From the NCBI GenBank assembly GCA_965215015.1, contig OZ244042.1:5696001-5760000 (forward strand): a stretch of DNA of 64,000 nucleotides, given 5' to 3'. Made by a program: the position numbers and the translations under genes. Positions 17,311 through 27,673 of this stretch are shown piece after piece; the stretch's first letter is position 1, and each line of letters opens with the position of its first letter. The notes beneath the pieces were generated by a model. That model searched no databases. It had not been told where the DNA came from and was given only the letters and a program-made list of their open reading frames with translations. This DNA is from Candidatus Poribacteria bacterium (GTDB lineage: Bacteria; Poribacteria; WGA-4E; PCPOR2b).

Positions 17311-19155
17311 TCATCGAATCACCGCGAACTTCCCGCTTACCGAATTTTTTCCCCTTTGATCCTTCCTCAAAGATTCAATATGATAAATGTAGATACCGGC
17401 GGAAATTTGGTTTCCTTCCCCATTCCGTCCATCCCAACGTTGGATGGAAGTGTTGTTGCGATGGTCAATCTGTTTGATGAGATCGCCGGTACTGTTATAG
17501 ATTCGGATTGTTGCGCGGTGGGGCAGATTGCGGAACTCCATTGGATGCGTACCCCCATTCAGGCGGTATGGATTCGGGACAAAGATCACTTTATCTAGGT
17601 TTGGTTCGGGAGAGGCGATGGGTTCTTCAGGAATGGTGATATCTACGATTTGGGAGAGTTGACTCTCGCCACCGGAGGAGTTTATCGCAGTGATTGCGTA
17701 GAAATACTGCCAACCCGGATAAACATCCTGATCAACAAAAGTGGAAGCCCCCGGTGGAACCGAGGCAATCTGTGTCCACGGATCGCGGCCGGTGTGATTA
17801 CGATAAATAAGATAGCGGTTGATATCGCGTGTAGATTTTGTCCAACCGAGGATAATCTGGTCTCCGTTGCGTGTCGCTGCTAAGCCTACTGGCGTATCTG
17901 GGGCACTACCTGGTGTAATACGGACTTCTGAGGAGTCAAATTCGAGTGGCTGTCCACTGGTATGGACTGGACGAATTTTGTAGGTGTACTCCACACCGGT
18001 TTGAATCTCTCCGTCGTCAAAGGTAGTTTCTTTGATAATTTGCCCAATCTGCCGAAACTGACTCTCATCACTTGCACGCCTCAAGATGGTATAGCCTTCC
18101 ACACTTGGATTGATTGGTTCCTTCCATTTCAACCGGACAGCTCCTCTCACAATTTCTGCGGTCAATCGTTGCGGGGCAAAGGTAACGGCTCTCGCTGCAT
18201 TGATATTCTTTTGAAGGTCTGCCAAGTCCTCGCCGGCGACAAGAGCAAAGGTAACAGCGATAAACTGTTTGGCTGATATGTCATAAGGCCCTGCTGAGAT
18301 AATGGACGCATAGTCCCACGGTAGGAGGTCAAGAACCTCTAAATCGTTCTGACTCGCAGCAAAAACATTTGGATTGGTCATGAAAACGGATCGGCTTTCA
18401 TCTAAAAAAAGGTTCGCGGTCGGTTGTCCTTCGGGTCCGTAAAACGGGAAGATTTGATGGGTGCTTAACTTTCCATCTAGTAGGGTGAGACCGGTATGCA
18501 CCGGATTGAGTCCATCGGTATCATCCCCATCGTAGGTAAATAACGTTTGATGTGCTTCATCCCAATCTACCCAATCACGGCTTAATTCTCCAGCTGCTAA
18601 ATCTGTTCCATCAACATCCCAATTTGTCATTGTTGCAACATAGATTCCCTCAAGTCTTTCATTGCTATCGTTTTTGATAACCAACTTCATCACAATGAAA
18701 TCGTCTGCATCGGGATGGTTGTTAGTACTCCAAGAAAAGCTCTGCTGGTCAACCGAAATATTGATCGGAAAATCGATGGTCCCGATGGAATCGTATCCTG
18801 TGGTAATCGTCTGTTGTTCATCAGGATCTATTCTTTCGGTGTGCATTGATGTGGCCCCCCACTCCCCATCTCCGAGTCTCGGTTCAGCGGGGTCTATATC
18901 CCACGTACTTGCCACATTTCCATTCGCATCACCGACCCAAATCTCCGACAACTGGTGTAGATAGTAGGTATCTCCAGATTTGGGAAATCTAAAGTTGGCA
19001 TGGAGCCCATCTTCTCCGACTGCGCTAAGTGAACCAGAGCCGATTATTTGGAACTCAACATTTCCTGATATATGTACTTGAGCAGAACCAATATTGGGGT
19101 TGATTAGGCTAATGAAAAGGCAAATCACACCTAAAAGGGCCTTCTGAATTTTCAT
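17311..19155 (-). CDS. Secreted protein with two fibronectin type III repeats and a C-terminal T9SS-CTD/FlgD-Ig-like domain
   Basis: Likely start MKIQKALLG at 19155 with signal peptide. FN3 motifs (VRLKW...GYTILRR...YTYKI; IILGW...YLIYR...YFYAITA). C-terminus VPNPY...IRIYNSTGDLIK...WDGRN..G..ISAGIYIY...GKFAVIR. Confidence 0.8.
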   Translation of the reverse strand: MKIQKALLGVICLFISLINPNIGSAQVHISGNVEFQIIGSGSLSAVGEDGLHANFRFPKSGDTYYLHQLSEIWVGDANGNVASTWDIDPAEPRLGDGEWGATSMHTERIDPDEQQTITTGYDSIGTIDFPINISVDQQSFSWSTNNHPDADDFIVMKLVIKNDSNERLEGIYVATMTNWDVDGTDLAAGELSRDWVDWDEAHQTLFTYDGDDTDGLNPVHTGLTLLDGKLSTHQIFPFYGPEGQPTANLFLDESRSVFMTNPNVFAASQNDLEVLDLLPWDYASIISAGPYDISAKQFIAVTFALVAGEDLADLQKNINAARAVTFAPQRLTAEIVRGAVRLKWKEPINPSVEGYTILRRASDESQFRQIGQIIKETTFDDGEIQTGVEYTYKIRPVHTSGQPLEFDSSEVRITPGSAPDTPVGLAATRNGDQIILGWTKSTRDINRYLIYRNHTGRDPWTQIASVPPGASTFVDQDVYPGWQYFYAITAINSSGGESQLSQIVDITIPEEPIASPEPNLDKVIFVPNPYRLNGGTHPMEFRNLPHRATIRIYNSTGDLIKQIDHRNNTSIQRWDGRNGEGNQISAGIYIYHIESLRKDQRGKNSVSGKFAVIR

Positions 19156-19189
19156 TTTTTTCCCTAACTTTGATGGCATTTTTAACAAA

Positions 19190-19456
19190 TAGGACTGGCG
19201 CAGTTGAGTGTATCGTAACACCATTCAACCCGCGTCCCGATAGACCATAAATCGCCCCACCGGGTATTTAGCAGGAGGAGGGCACGCGAAGCGGGTCTAC
19301 TACTTTGGGATGTAGCCGCCCGATGAATCGCCGAGGATACCCGGACTGTAGCGCAATAGAATACCAGATACTATGGGGCGATAAAAGAGCAGACACTGTC
19401 GCGTCACACGATTGGCCCAATCGGCCCGGATTGAGGGTTTAACTGCGTAAGTCCTA
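19190..19456. mobile_element. MITE-like element, family 1
   Basis: Terminal inverted repeats TAGGACTGGCGCAGTT / AACTGCGTAAGTCCTA (14/16 match); non-coding interior shared with 47275-47646. Confidence 0.7.
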
Positions 19457-19469
19457 AAATTATTGGAAT

Positions 19470-19498
19470 ATCATAGCAGCAGTGGAAAGAGGTGTCAA
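19470..19498 (-). promoter_or_regulatory. Sigma70-type promoter for the FN3 gene
   Basis: Minus strand TTGACA-17 nt-TATGAT; the MITE lies between it and the start codon. Confidence 0.6.
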
Positions 19499-19584
19499 GT
19501 TCAGAAAATACTTGCGGAATATTTTAAAATAAACTACAATCTAAAATATTGAGGTGAATACCCACATTCAAATCGGAAAGAACT

Positions 19585-20535
19585 ATGACTTCTCAGAAAA
19601 AGACAGGTTTTGTATACCATGCTGATTATCTCAAGCACGATACCGGAGCGCAAAATCCCGAGCGTCCAGAACGTCTACAAGCGAGCATTAAGGTGCTGCA
19701 AGCCTCTGATTTTTGGGAAGAGTTGCATCAGATTGAGGCTACCCCTGCAACGCCTGAGCAGCTCTGTTACGCACATATCCAAGAGCATATAGATCGAGTC
19801 AGGTGGCACTGTGAAAATAGTCTTCCCCTCGATTACGATACGCCCACCTCGCTCGCCTCCTATGATATTGCGCGTCTTTCAACCGGAGGGGTATTGAGGA
19901 TAGCAGATGCTGTCATGGCAGGCACCGTAAGCAACGCCTTTGCCCTTGTCCGCCCACCCGGACATCATGCCACCCCGACTCGCTCAATGGGATTCTGCTT
20001 GTTTAACAACGTTGCGGTTGCCGCCCGATACCTCCAACGTGAACATGGGGTAGACCGCGTTGCAATTATCGATTGGGACGTCCATCACGGCAATGGGACG
20101 CAGGATATCTTTTATGATGACCCCTCCGTTTTCTTCTTCTCAGTGCATCAGGTGCCTCTCTACCCCGGCACAGGTATGGCAAATGAGATCGGTACAGGTG
20201 GTGCTGTTGGCACAACTTTGAACATACCGATGTGTCCGGGCAGCGAACCTAGCAACTACATCGAAGCCTTTCAAAAGACGCTCAAGCCAGCGTTAATCGA
20301 TTTTTCTCCCGATTTCCTAATAATCTCTGCGGGTTTTGACGCACACCGTTTAGACCCTCTGGCAGCAATCAATATGACCGCAGACGGTTTTGCTAGTCTG
20401 ACCGACATTCTTTGCGAAATTGCAGCGGAAACTTGTGAAGGGCGGCTGATCTCAGCGTTGGAGGGAGGATATGATCTTAAAGGGTTATCCGGATCGGTTG
20501 CCGCTCACGTCGGGCGGTTGATAGCAAACGCATGA
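19585..20535 (+). CDS. Histone deacetylase family amidohydrolase
   Basis: PERPERL, RPPGHHA, GFCLFNNVA, DWDVHHGNGTQ, SAGFDAH, LEGGY motifs. Confidence 0.93.
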   Translation: MTSQKKTGFVYHADYLKHDTGAQNPERPERLQASIKVLQASDFWEELHQIEATPATPEQLCYAHIQEHIDRVRWHCENSLPLDYDTPTSLASYDIARLSTGGVLRIADAVMAGTVSNAFALVRPPGHHATPTRSMGFCLFNNVAVAARYLQREHGVDRVAIIDWDVHHGNGTQDIFYDDPSVFFFSVHQVPLYPGTGMANEIGTGGAVGTTLNIPMCPGSEPSNYIEAFQKTLKPALIDFSPDFLIISAGFDAHRLDPLAAINMTADGFASLTDILCEIAAETCEGRLISALEGGYDLKGLSGSVAAHVGRLIANA

Positions 20536-20568
20536 ATCAGATTTTTGACGCTCCGATTGCATTAGGGC

Positions 20569-21243
20569 TCAAAGCAATTCACATGCTGCTACAAACTCTG
20601 ATGAGGTCGAAGTATACCCGATGATATGTTCAAAGTTGCGCAACATCACCTTTCGCAGCCATCCGCCCTCTGGTAAGCTTGGATCGACCGTATCGGGATA
20701 CTCGGCGGAATGCGTACAATCCCGCAGCATGATGACCCGATAATTGTGTTCGACTGCGCCGGCGAGGGTTTGGTATAGACAGGCACGTTGACTGAACCCA
20801 ACCGCGACCAGATTCTTGATGTCGTAGCACCGCAAATGGTAATCAACATGCGTTTCGTGGAACCCTGACCATTCCCGCTTGGGGAAGTCCGGTTCATGGG
20901 GCAACGGTTGAATCGACGGGGAATAATTCGGTTTATAGGGTATCCTTGATGCCGGCGATGGTCTCGTTTCAGCGAGGGCATCGCCCCAGCGGGTCCCGTG
21001 GATTTCTCGTTTGATGCTCCCCGGCTCATCAACAAGGGAGAAGTCGTTGTGAATGAAAACGACCCTCATGCCTGCTGTGCGTGCAGCAGCTAATGCCGGA
21101 GCAATCCCATCTTCCACATACCAATTTCCGGTGCCACAATCGCTATCCACAATCATGAAAGCGGTTCGCTCCAATTCGAGTTCCAATTCGCCGTACTGAG
21201 TTTCGTTGCTGTACCAACGCACAGGAAGTGTTAAGCCAGCCAT
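20569..21243 (-). CDS. Isochorismatase-like cysteine hydrolase
   Basis: Start MAGLTLP at 21243; TAFMIVD, K..WSGF.ET, VAVG....CLYQT, YRVIMLRDCT motifs. Confidence 0.8.
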   Translation of the reverse strand: MAGLTLPVRWYSNETQYGELELELERTAFMIVDSDCGTGNWYVEDGIAPALAAARTAGMRVVFIHNDFSLVDEPGSIKREIHGTRWGDALAETRPSPASRIPYKPNYSPSIQPLPHEPDFPKREWSGFHETHVDYHLRCYDIKNLVAVGFSQRACLYQTLAGAVEHNYRVIMLRDCTHSAEYPDTVDPSLPEGGWLRKVMLRNFEHIIGYTSTSSEFVAACELL

Positions 21244-21265
21244 AGTAAACCTCCTCTCCAATCCA

Positions 21266-22609
21266 TTAGTAGCTCGATGGTTTCGGCGTTGCGGGGGGCC
21301 AATACCCGTCGGGATCTTCATCCCAAGCGTGTCCACATAGCCGAGAGATCACACACCACTCCGCAGATGTGAGATGGGTGTGATTATGAAAAAGGAAACG
21401 CTTCAGACCGGCTTCCTCCGAGGCTGTGAGAATGCGGTGAAGGTCTCCGGCGGTCATTGGATCCCCACCGTGCGGCATCCGTCCCGTATCCACCCAAGGG
21501 ACAATTTTCTCCGGCTGACTGACTGCTGCTAAGGCTCGTTCGGTTTCAGTTGTCACAACTTCGTCGAAAAAGGCTGGGGGAAATCCCAAATCCATATCCG
21601 ATAGAGAGTTTACCTCCGGTAAATCCACGCCTAACCACGCTTTCATCACCGTAAAGCAATCCTGTTCGGTCAGGCGCGGATTCCATTCTTGAATCTGTCC
21701 TATCCAACGGGCGACGGTGCCGTACATGCCATCGAAGCCGCGATGCCAGAAGTAGTGCTTGACAAGCAACACATCGACAATCTGATCCCAAGCGTGGAAA
21801 TCGAGCGCAGTCATGCCAGAGAATACTGCCGAACGGGGACCATTTCCCAATAACAACTGGCGCGGAGATTTGTCCAATTCACGGCGAAATGCCTCTCCCG
21901 TTTTAATCCCATCCTCCCGTCGCCAGCGCAGCCAGTAAACCGCATCCTCATTGATATCAAAGAGATTCATCTCTGACAACACACCGTAGGGGCCGTAGTA
22001 ATGGACTTCGGCAGGGGTTAAACTGCGAAAACGATTATGGAGATGGGACCTGCCGCGTTCAAGGCGGTCCGGATCGTATCCTCTGATGGCGGCTTGGGCT
22101 TTGATTGATTTGGGAATATCCGCAAACACGGCGTTGCCGTGATGCCACTCTAATTCATAAGCGGACTCGGTCCAACCATCCATGATACCGCCATCAACCT
22201 GTGGAAAGCTGCCGAATGTCTCATCCCAGACCGCTGCCATGACGCCTGCGCCGTAGGGATCCTCCTCCAACGGCAGTGGTTTCGCACCCGTTGCCCCGCT
22301 GCCGGGGGCAAAAATGAAAATCTCCCAGCCGCGCGCTTTGGCGTTATCGAGCATCGTATGGAGCAGTCTCTCTTTGGAGGAATCGGTCTCTGTGTTGCGG
22401 GCATTTGGCTCCAACCCGCGATTGCGATAGGCTTGAGGGTTGGACGGGAAAGCGGGAATGGTGAATTGACCCTGTGCATCCGCAAAGAGTGTGCGCCCGA
22501 AAACAAAGCCTTTGATTCCGCCAGCTTCCCAAGCATCAAAAATCCGTTCATAATCGTTCATCACCGGTTCGAGGGGTTGACCGATACGCATCCACGCTTG
22601 CAGTGCCAT
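21266..22609 (-). CDS. Hypothetical protein, possible glycoside-hydrolase-like TIM barrel
   Basis: Long ORF; start MALQAW at 22609 after AAGGAG; no family recognised with confidence. Confidence 0.6.
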   Translation of the reverse strand: MALQAWMRIGQPLEPVMNDYERIFDAWEAGGIKGFVFGRTLFADAQGQFTIPAFPSNPQAYRNRGLEPNARNTETDSSKERLLHTMLDNAKARGWEIFIFAPGSGATGAKPLPLEEDPYGAGVMAAVWDETFGSFPQVDGGIMDGWTESAYELEWHHGNAVFADIPKSIKAQAAIRGYDPDRLERGRSHLHNRFRSLTPAEVHYYGPYGVLSEMNLFDINEDAVYWLRWRREDGIKTGEAFRRELDKSPRQLLLGNGPRSAVFSGMTALDFHAWDQIVDVLLVKHYFWHRGFDGMYGTVARWIGQIQEWNPRLTEQDCFTVMKAWLGVDLPEVNSLSDMDLGFPPAFFDEVVTTETERALAAVSQPEKIVPWVDTGRMPHGGDPMTAGDLHRILTASEEAGLKRFLFHNHTHLTSAEWCVISRLCGHAWDEDPDGYWPPATPKPSSY

Positions 22610-22817
22610 GTTGTGAGCTCCTTTTGGGCAAGAACGAAACACCGGTCCCTAAAGAACTTAAAATGAACGGAGTTTCGTCTCGTTGGAAAAGTTACAGATA
22701 TAATCATCGCAAAGGAAGTGAACTCCTATGTACCCTCATGTCTCGGACGAGTACGGCGGAGGTTTGCCAAAATTGTTAATAAAAGAACGCTTTGACCTAT
22801 TCTGTTTCAACAGGGAG

Positions 22818-23770
22818 CTAGCAGCCTCCGTTCACCCCGCACAATACCAGAAATCCTATAGCGATATAGATACAGACTAATATCCTGTTAGTTTTGCGTT
22901 CTTCGGCTTCCCTAACTGCTTGTTGTCTCTCTTCCATCTTCCGCTTTGCTTCCACTTCCCGTCTTAGGTGTTCTTGTTGTTCCCCGCGTTGGTGTTCAAT
23001 TCGCTGTTCATACCTGTTGGTAGGTTGTTTTATCCTTGGAGTTTGTGTTCTTGGGTATTCAAAAATAGTTTTACATTTAGGGCAGGTAATTCTCAATCGT
23101 TTTTTTCTTACAGGAATTCGCAACTTTTGCGGGCAATTTGGACAACCTATATTCTTCTTGCTCTCTAACTCCTTTTCCTTGTCTCGTTCAATTCGGCGTT
23201 GTTCAGCTATCCGTTCATAGTAAGTTGTTAATGCCTGTGCTGCCCTTGGATACTGTTGTATTCCTTTCAGTAGTTCAATTGCGTTAAGTTTAGTAGAGCT
23301 ATTATAACTCCAGTTATCACTGTCTACAATATAGATAAGGGGTGAAAGCATTCTATGAATTGAATTTGGATTAACCTCAAGGTGAGAAAATAGTTTTGCA
23401 ACCGCATCATCTCTAATACGCTGATTCTCCGCCCTTAATTCCCTTTGAAGATTTTCAGTTCAGGGAGACTCCTATCTGTTGCTTTCAGGTGCTCGGAGTA
23501 GATTTCTCTAATCGCTTTTATTCCTATCCCTGCCGTGCACTTAAAAAATTCTCGATTATCACTCACACGGTATCGAGCAAGTTTGCTATGAACTTCCCTC
23601 TCAAGTATTTCATATCTATCAGAAGGAAAATTATGGACAACCCTGAATGGAGTGGGAACCCCAGTTGATACTGACAGCTCTCTCGCTCGTTCACAGCTAT
23701 TACGAGCAGTTTTGCCAATTTTTATTAAACCCGGCATTGAATCATTTTCCAAGATATAGACATATCCCAA
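22818..23770 (-). pseudogene. T5orf172/GIY-YIG-like domain fused to a helical region, Zn-ribbon and C-terminal TM; frameshifted by a 5-bp duplication
   Basis: YVYILEN...GLIKIGKT...R...L...TGVPTPF...LE..VH..L..YRV..NREFF; CPNC...CPKC. TTCAG-TTCAG at 23454-23463; deleting one copy joins ORFs 23435-23830 and 22818-23351 in frame. Region is AT-richer than its neighbours. Confidence 0.7.
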
Positions 23771-23853
23771 GATCGCACCCCCTAAGAATGTTCTATGTGA
23801 GCTTGTGTACCCTCTTGGCTTCACGAACAAAGAATTTCATTTTCCTAACTCTC

Positions 23854-24612
23854 CTACGCATTAGGCATGATGTAGCGTCGTCGGTGATAGGTAATACGGA
23901 ACCCCTGTCGTTGGTATATTCGCTCGGCGTTGCTGCCCGTTGCCGTCTCCAGGGTTGTCCAGCGGTTGCCCATCGCCTGTGAATCCGCAACCGCTCGTGC
24001 GATCATGGCGGAGGCGACCCCTTTGCGGCGGTGTTCAGACAGTGTTGCGACATGGTCAACGTAGTCCATGCCAAATTGTGAGTAAACCAGCGTCGTGCCC
24101 GCCGGTGCACCGTCCACACGCGCTAGATAGCGGCGCACTTCGGGCACAATCAACACATCGCGTCCAATCTCTCCCATCGTCTGTGTATGACCGAACCCAC
24201 GACACATGACCTCCGCCCAAAGGTCATATTCACTATCGGGCGAGACATTGATTTCTGCAACAGTTTGGGGGGGCGGCGGTGCGGTGGAGGGGGCATAAAC
24301 CATCGCCGACGCCAACATACCTTCTGTGAAACCACGCCTCTCCAGCCGCTCGCCAAGATCCGTGGGACGGTCTAGCGGCGAAAGGGTGAACATGCAGTCG
24401 TATTTTTTCTGTTGAAACAGGCGAAGTGCGTCGTCAATCAGTGTGTCTACTTGGGTGTCGTCCACATTCACCTGTACGACGCGATGAAAAAAGTCCATCG
24501 CTGCGCGGTCGTGGCTGAAAGCCAGGGCGCCGTTAAGGTCCTGGTTGTCACACCACGAAGCGCGAAGGGCAACCCAGAGCTTTTCAAAGGTCGTCATCAG
24601 TTCGTCGGGCAT
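23854..24612 (-). CDS. GNAT family N-acetyltransferase
   Basis: VATLSEHRRKGVAS acetyl-CoA motif; AERIYQRQGF. Confidence 0.88.
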   Translation of the reverse strand: MPDELMTTFEKLWVALRASWCDNQDLNGALAFSHDRAAMDFFHRVVQVNVDDTQVDTLIDDALRLFQQKKYDCMFTLSPLDRPTDLGERLERRGFTEGMLASAMVYAPSTAPPPPQTVAEINVSPDSEYDLWAEVMCRGFGHTQTMGEIGRDVLIVPEVRRYLARVDGAPAGTTLVYSQFGMDYVDHVATLSEHRRKGVASAMIARAVADSQAMGNRWTTLETATGSNAERIYQRQGFRITYHRRRYIMPNA

Positions 24613-24756
24613 AATTACCTCCTATTTCACACTATAGCCGTTCTACATCTTCATATTCCTACGTCAACCCACAAGGAACGCGCAGGGAAACTCAACTTTG
24701 CCGGATACAATAAGGGTCGTGTCCCTGTTAATGATGTACAATTGGTATTGATCACA

Positions 24757-26034
24757 TCAGGACGGTTCTGACGCCCTTGGTTGAACGACAGCAGCAAATC
24801 GAGGCTCAACCAATCGGAAGGTCAGCAAGGCACCGCAGAAGACCAAGATTGAGCACGCGATAAACACGGATTCAAAAGAGAATTGATCGATTAACAGACC
24901 AACCACCGGCGACCCCAGCAACGGCACCGTCTGAAGAACACTCAGCAGCCCCAAATATTGCGGGTGCTTTGCCTGTGGAGAAATCTCAAGGGTGTAGTTT
25001 GTAAGGATACGGCCCGATACCGGGGTAAATCCCAAGCAAGCATACACAAGCCAGTACCAATGTCCGCCCGTCGGGAGGCGGCTCAGACCAACGGCTAGCA
25101 GCGGCACACAGGCGGCGATAAAAATTAATACACGCAACACAATCCGATTGCCGTGTCGATCTGCGATATTTCCCATTACCAAGGCACCAAGTCCACTGAC
25201 CGTGTTCTGTGCAATTAACAGCGTCACAAAGTTTCTTGAGACCAATCCCAATGTCCGTTTTCCAAAAACAGTATAGTGCGGAAAAATGGGCCAACCTGTG
25301 TAGAACAACATCAGGACTATCGCGAGTATGCGAAAATTCCGATCATACCGCAGCAGCATCAGACCGGAACTGAGATACTTGAGAAACGGCACGGTTTGGG
25401 GGGAATAGTCATCAGGGGGTTCACGAAAAAACAGACTGGAGCACGCAGCAAAACCGAAGAACAGCCCCGTTGTCACAAATATCCAGGCATAGTTGGCACT
25501 GTTGCCACGAACCCAGTGCGGCATGACAAGCCAAACGATGATAATTGCAAGCGTACAACCGATGAGGCTGGCATAAGCCAATAGACGCCCCCGTCTCCTA
25601 GGACGGATCAATTTTCCCTGTAATGTGCCGTGAGCGAGGACATTACTGCCGTAAGTCAGCCAGTGCAAGCCATACAGCGTCAGAAAGATTGCTACGATTG
25701 TGTTGTTTGACCAACGCCCAAATTCAAGGGTCAATGCCAATACTAACCAAGGGAGGGTGATGCCAAAAGCAGAAAGTATAAACACAATCCGTTTTTTAGG
25801 CATTTTTGCCACGCGGTGTGCGATAAGAATCTGAGGTATACTTTGCCCAATTCGAGAGATGAGGGGCAGAAACCCCCGGATAACCCCCGATAAGGTGTAG
25901 ACATCCAGAAACCCCGGCATCACCACCGATTCGGTCTTGAAAATCCAACCGAGTCGCATGAAAATCTGGTTTGCCGCAAATACGATGAGATTGCGTTGTT
26001 CATGCTGCTCGACCCCTTTCTCAATTGTGCCCAT
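24757..26034 (-). CDS. MFS transporter
   Basis: About 12 hydrophobic helices; GNIADRHGNR motif-A-like loop. Confidence 0.85.
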   Translation of the reverse strand: MGTIEKGVEQHEQRNLIVFAANQIFMRLGWIFKTESVVMPGFLDVYTLSGVIRGFLPLISRIGQSIPQILIAHRVAKMPKKRIVFILSAFGITLPWLVLALTLEFGRWSNNTIVAIFLTLYGLHWLTYGSNVLAHGTLQGKLIRPRRRGRLLAYASLIGCTLAIIIVWLVMPHWVRGNSANYAWIFVTTGLFFGFAACSSLFFREPPDDYSPQTVPFLKYLSSGLMLLRYDRNFRILAIVLMLFYTGWPIFPHYTVFGKRTLGLVSRNFVTLLIAQNTVSGLGALVMGNIADRHGNRIVLRVLIFIAACVPLLAVGLSRLPTGGHWYWLVYACLGFTPVSGRILTNYTLEISPQAKHPQYLGLLSVLQTVPLLGSPVVGLLIDQFSFESVFIACSILVFCGALLTFRLVEPRFAAVVQPRASEPS

Positions 26035-26061
26035 AAAGAAAAATTACCCGTCCAAGACCAA

Positions 26062-26112
26062 AACAAAAAGTCGTCACCCCAACGGTATAATGCCAATCGG
26101 AGTGACGACTTT
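26062..26112 (-). terminator. Intrinsic terminator after ilvC
   Basis: AAAGTCGTCAC...GTGACGACTTT inverted repeat followed by a T-rich tract on the minus strand. Confidence 0.65.
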
Positions 26113-26142
26113 GATGAGAATATGCGATTCAAGGTACGATTC

Positions 26143-27135
26143 CTACCCCTCAAGCCAACTCATCATGCTCCGTAAATCCTTTCCTACCTTTTCAATCTGC
26201 AACTCCGACTCTCGGCGACGGAGGGCTTGTAACACCGGTTGATTCGCCTGATTTTCCAGTACCCATTCCCGTGCAAATTCTCCGTTCTGCACCTCTTTGA
26301 GAAGTTCCCGCATCCGTTCTCGGACATCCTCATCAATCACACGAGGACCGCGGGTCAGATCTCCAAATTCCGCGGTGTTACTGACATCATTGCGCATTTT
26401 GCTGAGTCCCCCTGTATAGATAAGATCTACAATCAGTTTCAGCTCATGCAGGCACTCAAAAAACGCCATTTCGGGCTGGTATCCCGCCTCAACGAGGGTG
26501 TCGAAGGCAGCTTTGATCAGGGCAGTAGTTCCACCACAAAGCACCGCTTGTTCGCCGAAGAGATCGGTTTCCGTCTCTTCACGGAAGGTGGTCTCGATGA
26601 CGCCAGCTCGCGTACCGCCAATCCCTCTGGCATAAGCGAGCGCAAGATCTCTAGCGTGTCCCGTTATGTCCTGTTGGATAGCAATGAGGCAGGGCACCCC
26701 GCCGCCTTCTTCAAAAACCTGTCGCACGAGCAGCCCCGGTCCTTTCGGTGCAATCATCGCCACGTCAATGTCGTTCGCCGGAACAATCTGACCGAAATGG
26801 ATGCTGAAACCGTGCGAAACCATCACCATATTACCTGCCTGTAGGTTCGGCTCGATCTGATTCTGATACACCGCCCCGTGTTGTTCATCCGGGATAAGAA
26901 TCTGAACGACATCCGCTTCAGCGGCGGCTTCGTCAATACTTTTTACCGTCAATCCTTCCGACTCTGCTGCCGGTTGAGAACGGCTGCCGGGGCGCAGGCC
27001 GAGGACAACGTTTGCACCGCTGTCCTTGAGATTCAATGCTTGTGCACGTCCTTGACTGCCGTAGCCGATGACAGCAACCGTTCGTTCCTTGAGTAAATCA
27101 AAATCTGCATCGCTATCGTAATAAATTGTTGCCAT
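26143..27135 (-). CDS. ilvC: Ketol-acid reductoisomerase
   Basis: [64 protein letters not shown]. Confidence 0.97.
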   Translation of the reverse strand: MATIYYDSDADFDLLKERTVAVIGYGSQGRAQALNLKDSGANVVLGLRPGSRSQPAAESEGLTVKSIDEAAAEADVVQILIPDEQHGAVYQNQIEPNLQAGNMVMVSHGFSIHFGQIVPANDIDVAMIAPKGPGLLVRQVFEEGGGVPCLIAIQQDITGHARDLALAYARGIGGTRAGVIETTFREETETDLFGEQAVLCGGTTALIKAAFDTLVEAGYQPEMAFFECLHELKLIVDLIYTGGLSKMRNDVSNTAEFGDLTRGPRVIDEDVRERMRELLKEVQNGEFAREWVLENQANQPVLQALRRRESELQIEKVGKDLRSMMSWLEG

Positions 27136-27178
27136 GAATCCTCCTTTATGTGAAACGTGAAAATGCAATATCAGTGCA

Positions 27179-27673
27179 TCACTTTGCGATGCCGCGCATG
27201 ATTGCAATTTTGCCGGTGCGGGCAAGTTCTTGAATGCCGTAGGGACGTAGCAGATCGATCGCCGCCTTCAGCTTCCCCTCGTCGCCGGTCACTTCGATGA
27301 TTAAGGAATCAGGACCGACGTCAACTGTGTGGGCGCGGAAGATCTCCACAATTTGAAGTATTTCTCCGCGCCGCTGCGGCTCGGCATGGACTTTAATCAG
27401 CACAATCTCTCGCTCGACGTGGTTTTCAACGGTGAGATCTGTCACCTTAATGACGTCAATCAGCTTGTTCAGATGCTTGTAAATCTGCTCAATAATCTGT
27501 GCATCTCCATGTGTAACAATTGTCATGTGTGAAACGCCTGGATCATCAGTCTCTGCGACGTTGAGGCTATCAATGTTGAATCCACGTCCACTGAACAACC
27601 CTGCAATTCGCGCGAGGACCCCGAATCGATTTTCAACAAGCACAGAAAAAATGTGTCGTTCTTCAGTCATCAT
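27179..27673 (-). CDS. ilvN: Acetolactate synthase small (regulatory) subunit
   Basis: [30 protein letters not shown] domain; ELARTG. Confidence 0.96.
   Translation of the reverse strand: MMTEERHIFSVLVENRFGVLARIAGLFSGRGFNIDSLNVAETDDPGVSHMTIVTHGDAQIIEQIYKHLNKLIDVIKVTDLTVENHVEREIVLIKVHAEPQRRGEILQIVEIFRAHTVDVGPDSLIIEVTGDEGKLKAAIDLLRPYGIQELARTGKIAIMRGIAK

Noticed and set aside
19156-19224. N-terminal extension of ORF 17311-19224
   Set aside because: The upstream ATG lies inside the MITE; the signal peptide starts at 19155.
22640-22780. Hammerhead ribozyme or c-di-GMP riboswitch upstream of 22609
   Set aside because: Only isolated GATGA/CGAAAC and GGCAAACC words; supporting stems could not be built.
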